64,000 bases of DNA. Origin: Caecitellus pseudoparvulus. Lineage: Eukaryota; Protista; Bigyra: Bicosoecida. Location: positions 48,941 to 112,940 of the forward strand of contig CBFFRQ010000149.1 of NCBI GenBank assembly GCA_965644315.1, read 5' to 3'. Shown one piece after another: positions 56,684-64,000 of the stretch (its first letter is position 1; each line of letters opens with the position of its first letter). The notes below the pieces were generated by a model. It saw nothing but the letters and a program-made list of their open reading frames with translations, did not search any database and was not told the origin of the DNA. A program made the translations under genes and the position numbers.

Positions 56684-57949
56684 TCCTCGATGAAGCCTGC
56701 AAAGCAGCGACAGAGCAAGTGTGTGCGGACATCTATTACCTGCACGTGTTTGAGTTGCTTGGCATGTCAGGGTGCCGCTCTATATGAGCGTTTGCTGCTG
56801 TCAGAAATACATGGCGCAAAACGCGGCCCGGCCGACCACAAAAGGGCACGGCAGCTCTACGATGACCAGGCAAGCAAAGCAGGCCAGAGATAGGCTGAAG
56901 ATCAAGGAAACAAGTGCTTCACGGCTGTCTCTTTTCGGGCGGTGGTCTTGTAAGCTCCTGGCACATGCAGCAGTCCGCACCAGTTCTCCCGCGCCGCTCT
57001 GCCCTCCATTTCACTCTTGCGTCAGTGCCAGGGGCTGCTCACGCTATGCTTGGCGGCACGTACCGGTAAAAAAGTGGGGTACAATCAGGTTGAGCGAGAC
57101 CCATGCTGCACACAGGCGTGGGTGGGTACCCTTGCTCCACGTAGTGCGCAGACCACAGAGCTCAACAGCGCCGATGGCGGAAGCTGAACCACGGATCGAA
57201 CCAGCACTGTGCCCTGCTGCCAAGTTAAAGAGAGCACAACAAGCACGGAATGACTCTACACAAGCATTTCATGGATCAACAGTGAGCACTACTTGTTTTG
57301 CGGCAGCAGCTCTGACCGCAACTGTGGCGCCAATAGTTGTCAGGCACATAACCAGGATTGCCAAGGAGGCCGGCAGGGCGCGTGGACAGCTCAGTTTGCG
57401 GGCCAAGCTGCCTTGAACCAGCCTCCATAGTGGCGACAGGGACGCATCACAAACTTTTAACTTTTCTGTGCGTCACGAACTAGCCCAAGCTGGGCGGGCA
57501 GACGTGCGAGTTCCGTGTCCTCGGCCGAGTGAAAATGGCGAGATGCCGCAGCACGAAAGAGCACAACAAAGCTGTTGAAGCGAATGCACGCTAATCTAGT
57601 ACCCCACTCGGTTGCTTTGACTTGCGTATCCATAGAGCCTGCTCAGGTCCTAATCTGGCTATCCCAGGGCTCGAGCGGAAGATGGACACTCGCAACACAG
57701 CCGGAATGCTGCTGGAGATTACCAAAAGTGTCCCGCCTCCAAGGCCCGAGTGTGCATCCGGCACTACAGAGAGGCTCTTAACTCCAGTCGCGGGACTTCA
57801 ATTTCCCCGGGCAGGTTTGGGCTGCTTGGACACCTGAAACCCTTGAGCTTGCGTTTCGCCGTGCTTGCTTTCTCATACCACCTCGGCCATTCGTAGCACA
57901 AGGGGTGCTTTCAAGTCAAGTAGAGGCTCCCACTAGCCAGGAGCATGGT

Positions 57950-59290
57950 ACACATGCCAGCTCTGGTGCACTGTGGACCCTTCGAACCTCCCTCAGCCAC
58001 CCGGCACGGTACGGTTGCTACCTCCACACACGCATGGCTCTGGTTTTGGAGGCTGCCAACCCCATGATGGACCCCCCCCGCCCCAGCTTCGAGTGGATGT
58101 TTCCGCCTCGTGCCATCACAGACGCGGCTGAACAGTTCTTGCGCTGATGCTCCACGTGGCCAGGGCAGCACTTTGTTTGGCCAACTGTACAACAGCGCCT
58201 GAGCCAAGCTGCGGGCCAGCCCTGCTTCGGCCACGTGGGCACTACTGGGCGCCGCCCCCGTCAGCGACAAGCTCAATCTCAGCGGCGCTCCGAAGATGAC
58301 GTGGTTCCCGAGTACCTCCCTGAGGCTCCCTGGGAAATGATCTTGCCTCACAGCGCAGCAGCCTTGGCAGGCTCACGATAATTAGTGCTGGGCATACCCA
58401 TGGCGTCCCCTGCGCAGCCTGTGGCCCTGGGACTGCATGGGGCAAATTTCATGACCACCCGTGCAGCGCTGAGCTGGGCTTGGCTTCCGCTTCAGCAAGG
58501 AGAAAGGGTGCTGGTGGCGTCCCACACAACCCTGCTGAGCTGGACATTGTGTCGGCGCTGCCGGACGGGGAGGGCTCTATGGATGCTGCACTGAAGGTGG
58601 ATGCGACTGAGTAACAGGGCAACATGCTGTACAAGTATTTCGAGCCGTGTAAATGTGAGGGACACAAGCCAGGCACCCTGGTAGGCACGGCACACGTGGT
58701 CACAAAGGACTGCTGGGTTGCACAGCCTGCTGCGAACGCTGCCCTGGCCTGCTCCACCCACACCGTGTAGGTCAAATGCCAGTCTATGAGATTAGCCACC
58801 TTTCCCCGTAATGTTCCCCGGCCCCCACATTGCCAGGCCATGGCAACGGGGTGAGCCTGGCCCGCTTCATGGCTTCCACATGCGGCCCTGGCTCTAGCAT
58901 CCCCCACGGCAACACGGCCCAGCCGCACCACACAGCGTGGCCATAACTAGCACCATTCACAACCAGCGCTACACTCCCCAAGTACCCGCCCAAGGAGTCC
59001 CGGTCTCCCCATCAAGGTGGCCGGCACCGCATCTCCTTTTCGAAGCCAGTGCCGCTCAGGCCAATGCCTTGCCCGCCCCGTGCAACATGTAGCACAACCA
59101 TGCACAGATGAAGAAGGAAAGAAACCCCACCATACCTTTCGCCAGCTGGCGGGTAGCCCGTCGCAGCGCTGTGCGCTGGAGTAAGGCTGGCCTTATGGTG
59201 GTTTGGTCAAGGGAGTTTCATCCTGCTGGCGTTGGAGGCGTGAAACGCGGAACGAACCTGTTTCAGAGCACCCTGCTTGAACAGTGGAAG
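57950..59290 (+). repeat. Decayed dispersed repeat family R, copy 3
   Basis: Aligns by eye with 42290-43650 over >1.3 kb, with stops and indels. Confidence 0.8.
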
Positions 59291-59934
59291 TTGATGGAAG
59301 TTTGAGGGGCTTTCTCGTGAAGTGAGTCAATTTATCCCGGGAAGCAATGATTTGCGACAAGTTTCTTTCTCCGTGCACGTCCTTGAACCGATTCAGATGG
59401 AAGTGGATGCTGTGGGGGGACCATCGTCGCCAGCCTTTTAGACTGCCGTTTAGCGTCTGATGCTAACGCCCTGCACCTGCTTCCACGCTTCGAGCATGGA
59501 CAACTTGTCCGAAGCTAGCGGCACTTGCTCCTTCCGTGCCACCTGTCAGCCACTTCTACGGCGTCTGGCGTAGGTGTGCTGTGAGACACCCACTTTGGTA
59601 GGTCTCGTGAAACCTTACAGTAAGAAATTGCTGATTGACTACTGTAGGAGTTCAGGCTTATATCAGAAATGGCGAAATGAGGATTCTTGGGATATTTGAG
59701 TTGGGAACCCCACCAAAAACTGATCGATATGTACTTCATGCGGAATCAATCGCTTGCACTCGCCAGCCTGATGCAGGTTTTGCTGTAGGTCGTAGTGATT
59801 GGCAAGTGAGAATTGCGGAAATCGGTTTGCAGGAATAAAATGATACTTCACTCAAATCCAACTCAGAGCATACTAAAAGCTGCACAACTTATCCCAGTAC
59901 TACGGACTTTAGTTTTGGCTTGGATTCTTTCCAG

Positions 59935-61272
59935 ATGGCCGCCCATCCGGCTGGCGGGAGCCAGCATGGTTCCCAACCCCACTCAACAACCCCGAATGGC
60001 CAACAGGATGCCGTACAACGCGGAATCGTAAAACCCAGAGGAGTCCCAGTCCCAGATGACGTTGTACTGACCCTTTTCGCAGTGAGTTTTGGCGCTGGAT
60101 CTTGCTGCTGTAGGTGTGGTACCCCACAAACCCGTTTCAAATGAAACGCCTAGATTGCCTCAAGCTGGCTGGAGAAGAAAATGGACGAAGGTGGGTCCCT
60201 TGTCGATGCTCTTCCGCATAAAGCTGCAGAAAAGACCCAGTTTATCAAGTTCTTGGAGCGATTGATCAGCGCGGGAGCCGGAACCGTGGACGTCCCCGGT
60301 GGCGTTTCATGGCTGGTGCGGCCTGAGCATGCAGCTGCATACCTTGGCGTTCCAACAGAGGGAAACGTGGGCCCTGCAGGGCTGTACTGGTCTGCTGCAC
60401 ATGCCCAAGCAAAGTTGTCAGCTTTCTTGGCAGACCGCAAGAACGGGAAGTCTGTACAGAGGACTTTCCACAACCTGCAATTGAAGGGCAGACTGCGACG
60501 GGGACTCAAGGAAGCCATCCAGGCCCTTGAGCTTCTTGCAGAGCATGCAGTGGAAAATCCAGCCGTGGCATTCCCAGAGGATCCAACTAAATGCCCTTCT
60601 GATCCAGCATTGCTCCCATTTTCAGCCTTGCTGCGGGTACATGTTCACAACCAGGAGGCTCACTCAGGTCCGTGCCTTGGCCCCACCCTGACTCCGGGAA
60701 GTGAAGAAGTTGCACGCTTCGCAGCAGCTTTCGGGTACATTCGTTACCATTCAGTGGTGCGCATGGCTGTTCGCGTGAACCCAAAGCTTGAGCGAAGCCG
60801 ACGGAAGCGTCAGCGTACGTCCCCGGCCCTCGATCGACCACGGTCCAAATCGGTTCGAGGAGCTCAGACCCCAAGCCCGGGACAGGCGGGTACCCCTAGC
60901 AACATTGCTGATACGCTGGTTGATGAACTTACTGAGGCGGCATGTCAGATCGACCCCGCGGCAGTCCCCTTCTTGTCTGTCGAGACCGCTCTGTCTCTTG
61001 AGGAGCAAGACGCTGCAATCGCAGCAGTAGCACAAGCAACTGAGGCTTCAGCATCAAGACGCAATGCTGGAAACCGCGGCAGTGACCCAAGCGGTCTGTT
61101 TCACAGCGCTGCAGTGCTTCGAAAGGCTGCCCAACAAGCAAAAGAGTGCTTCGATGTGTCAAGGGACTCTCAACGCATGCACGACACTCTGAAGGAGGCT
61201 CTTGTCCAGCTCTTGGACAGGATGACGTCGATCGAGCAAGCAGTGACACGGATAGAGGCTCGTCTTGCATGA
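59935..61272 (+). CDS. Harbinger accessory protein (putative Myb/SANT/trihelix-like), two exons
   Basis: Exon 1 59935-60081; phase-0 intron gtgagt...ctag (60082-60153) joins in frame to the 363-aa ORF. WSAAHAQAKL helix, RRKRQR NLS-like motif, C-terminal coiled coil; convergent with the transposase. Confidence 0.55.
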
Positions 61273-61441
61273 TCCAGGGGACACACCTTTCACTCCTTCC
61301 GTCCCGAGTGTAAAGTCATTGTATTTGTTGTGTATGGTGATCAGAGGAGGGAACAGGAGCGAGACACGGCTTTGCTGATCAATGCACGCTGCCGGGTGGG
61401 CCAGGGGGAAGACACCATTGAGAGGGGTGGTGTCCTCGAGC

Positions 61442-63646
61442 TCACTTCGGTAGGGCAGATCCCGCTGCCGTGGCTGTGCCTTGCGAAGCGCAGGAAAGTG
61501 TCAGCCGGTGAACGAGGTCGCCCCTCGTACCAATGCAAGACAACCCCGTTTCTTCACATCGTTGGCGAAGCTGGTCGATGGTCATCCGCGCTATCGAGTC
61601 CGGGTCCAGACAAGGGTCACCCTCAAGGAGAAGTCCAGACGCAAACTCCACGAGCGGGCTGTCCTCCAAACCAGATCCCGGACACTGCAACAGGCTAAGC
61701 TCCACTGGAGTGCAGTTCTTGTCCAATGCCAACCTCTCTGCGATCAGAGGGAGTGTGTTGTACAAGTGCGTCGCTGCTCCCGAGGAGTGCAGCTCTTGTT
61801 CCTCGGTTCCATCCTCGTGGTAGTAGTACACCTCCCACATTGCGGTGTAGGGGTGGACCAACACTGCGTAGCCTCGCTCGGGTTGTGACCCCCCCGAGTA
61901 CATGAGAGGTTCGTTTTGCCGAAGGACCATCCCGTGAAACCACTTTCGCAGTCGTGGCATGACTTCCTGTTGTGCACTGCCTCGACTCCGTGTATGACGG
62001 GGTTGACCCGGCACAGCAGATGCTGTGCCGGGCTTCTTGCTCCTCTTCTTCAAGGATGACAAGCCCCCTTGGTCCAGGTCCTGCAGCACCTCGCGATCAA
62101 GTCCATGGAGCAGCGTCGTCATGGTTTGGATCTGCTCCCAAAGCTCTGACGAGGCCCCGCGAGGGGGCTGGGCTTCAACCTCAGGCGCAGATTCCCCTTG
62201 TGCATCACGCACAGCTTTGGCAACGGCCTGATAAGCCACCTTCATGGGTCGCTTGTTGCGCCGGACTTGCATCAGTCGGGGCAGGTCTTCAAATGTGCGA
62301 TCTGCTGCCTCCCCTAATGCACGGTCGGCCTTTACAGTGAGATGGAGCAAGCTCAACGAGTGATTCTTTCGAAGCAGCCATGACTCGCTTCGGAGGCTGC
62401 GACGAGTGTAAAGCATCCGAAATGCAACAAGACCTGTGACCGCCTTGACCGTCAAGAGCAGAAGTGCCTTTTGGTCTGCGAGGAACGGCATCTGTGAGTG
62501 TCTTTCGCTCAACCTACCATTGAACGACTTGATGACGTTGTTGCAGTTCTCCACTACAAGCCTTGCGCTGCTTATCATCTCCGTTCGCAGATCCAAGCTA
62601 AGCAGCATCCCAGACGCCATGCGCAGCCTCTCGAGCTCTTCGGCATCCTCCCACCCAGCCTCAATGTGCTGGGTGATCTTGTCGGCCCACTGTTTGAGGT
62701 GGGATGGCTTGTCTCCCGCTACAATGTGCTTGTTGGAGTGCCAGTACAATGCATCTCCTAGCAGCAGATCGCCTGGCTCCATGACTCCATGGCGGCGCAG
62801 GGTTCGCACCGCGTCTGACGCCGCCGCAACTTCAGACTGTGATCCAGGCCCCATCTCAAAAATAGCCAAGGGAACTCCAGTGAGGTCTGTCACAAGCAGG
62901 AAGTCGTAACCTGGAATCTTGTGGTGGACGTTGTAGTGGGATTGGGGTCGGCCCGGCATCGCTTGCATCGGGATGGTTACCCCATCCACTGCCCCGACAA
63001 CACGGCCAAGTGCGCCGCCAAAAATCCCGTGAGACACGTCCCGCTGATCTTCGGGTATCTTGAGCATCAAATTTCTGGTGGCAACAGAGAGGACGAAGGG
63101 AATCACCTCCCGGAAGATCCCATGCATAGATCCTTCCGGCATCTTCGTAATGATCGCCAGAGCGGCAGGAGGGTGCCCACGGAGCTGGGAAATGCAAATG
63201 AAAATCCGTACAAAGGCTGAGTGCTGCTTGGTTTGCATGTTTTTGGCCTTTACGAGAGCTCTCTGGACTTCGTCAGAGAAGTGCCTGTACATCTCTGCGT
63301 TCATCCCCGTTAACCTCCAACAGTGCCTCGGGTTCTGCAGCGTCGCTTCAATAGACTGGCGAATGACAAGTGGCTTGATCCTACGAAGCCTACCTCTGCC
63401 TTTTGCTGCTCCGAACTTCGCTTCCCGCTGATCCCTGCGGGTGTAGCCTTCGGCTCGAAGCTGGCCTGCCAAGGCATGCACCGAGTGTACAAGCAACGAC
63501 TGCCCTGTGACAAGTGAGGCCGCACCAAGGTTCATCATGTGGGCACTTGCTTCAAGAATTCCTTGAGCTATTCCGCGTGACGACCTTTCCGGGACAGCTG
63601 TGGCCGTTCGCAACGGGGCGCCGGATCGGTCTCGTTTCGTCGCCAT
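61442..63646 (-). CDS. PIF/Harbinger (DDE_Tnp_4) transposase with novel C-terminal domain and SAP domain
   Basis: GAVDG...YNVHHKIPGYDFLLVTDLTG...LLLGDALY...RLVVEN triad; N-terminal CWRLTGM...Y HTH region; C-terminal MTIDQLRQRCEETGLSCIGTRGDLVHRL is a SAP motif. Confidence 0.88.
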   Translation of the reverse strand: MATKRDRSGAPLRTATAVPERSSRGIAQGILEASAHMMNLGAASLVTGQSLLVHSVHALAGQLRAEGYTRRDQREAKFGAAKGRGRLRRIKPLVIRQSIEATLQNPRHCWRLTGMNAEMYRHFSDEVQRALVKAKNMQTKQHSAFVRIFICISQLRGHPPAALAIITKMPEGSMHGIFREVIPFVLSVATRNLMLKIPEDQRDVSHGIFGGALGRVVGAVDGVTIPMQAMPGRPQSHYNVHHKIPGYDFLLVTDLTGVPLAIFEMGPGSQSEVAAASDAVRTLRRHGVMEPGDLLLGDALYWHSNKHIVAGDKPSHLKQWADKITQHIEAGWEDAEELERLRMASGMLLSLDLRTEMISSARLVVENCNNVIKSFNGRLSERHSQMPFLADQKALLLLTVKAVTGLVAFRMLYTRRSLRSESWLLRKNHSLSLLHLTVKADRALGEAADRTFEDLPRLMQVRRNKRPMKVAYQAVAKAVRDAQGESAPEVEAQPPRGASSELWEQIQTMTTLLHGLDREVLQDLDQGGLSSLKKRSKKPGTASAVPGQPRHTRSRGSAQQEVMPRLRKWFHGMVLRQNEPLMYSGGSQPERGYAVLVHPYTAMWEVYYYHEDGTEEQELHSSGAATHLYNTLPLIAERLALDKNCTPVELSLLQCPGSGLEDSPLVEFASGLLLEGDPCLDPDSIARMTIDQLRQRCEETGLSCIGTRGDLVHRLTLSCASQGTATAAGSALPK

Positions 63647-64000
63647 CACCACTGGGTGAGAATTCGGCTTGGAAGAGGAAACCGGGCGAACAAATGGCGG
63701 AAGTTATGAGAAAGCTTGAGGTTGGCCATGAATTGCGTGAAATTTTTGAGCCAGCGCTTATTCTGAAAGAGGTAGACGGCCTTGGGTGATTGGCCGTTTT
63801 CTTTCGGTGCCCGTAACGCCAACGGCCAACGGCACCATCAAACAAAAAACTCAAATTTGAAGTATTTGAATTTTGGCGAAGCCCCCCCGCCGGGTCTTGT
63901 TGCGCAAAACCTCCAAGAACGCAAAATTGCTCTAAGAATGTTGAGCATAGTGCTAGACCTTATATCAGTTTGTCCTACATTTGCCCTTATTGCAGGGTTT

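Noticed and set aside
56772-57416. 214-aa ORF upstream of the cadherin gene
   Set aside because: No motif or coding signature; probably intergenic or decayed sequence.
5900-64000. Hundreds of overlapping 60-300 aa ORFs
   Set aside because: Expected in high-GC DNA; they are alternative-frame or antisense to supported genes and have no motifs.
59300-64000. TIRs/TSD for the Harbinger-like elements
   Set aside because: I could not find convincing inverted termini by eye, and the right end may lie outside the window, so element boundaries are not reported.

Overview
Eukaryotic (protist-like, intron-containing, GC-rich) genomic DNA with an abrupt compositional break. Bases 1 to ~5885 are a very AT-rich, intronless, gene-dense block, roughly 25% GC by eye versus >60% for the rest. 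Its genes all lie on the - strand and it ends in a ~650 bp non-coding, repeat-rich terminus. I read it as one end of an endogenous virophage/Polinton-like virus that has inserted into, and decapitated, a host RCC1-IPT/TIG-multi-TM gene. No capsid, packaging ATPase, polymerase or integrase is visible in the window, so the class is inferred. The block encodes a protein VI-like candidate core protein and a 660-aa fusion of a permuted papain-like domain with a Pol-beta-type nucleotidyltransferase, punctuated by adenain-type cleavage sites. The host part contains CNS1/TTC4, RPL31, ELP6, a multi-TM orphan, a 1641-bp-period tandem array of ankyrin genes plus a fifth paralog, a GT61 glycosyltransferase, and a giant cadherin-IPT-multi-TM gene with an in-frame TGA. 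Mobile DNA: two PIF/Harbinger-like transposase loci with a shared novel C-terminal domain; an 8.8-kb Plavaka-type transposon with 51-bp TIRs and a divergent orphan gene; a nested 1.35-kb mini-element (8-bp TIR, 4-bp TSD) carrying a PPR-like host fragment; and a three-copy decayed repeat. Five frameshifts fall in G/C homopolymers and are probably sequencing errors.
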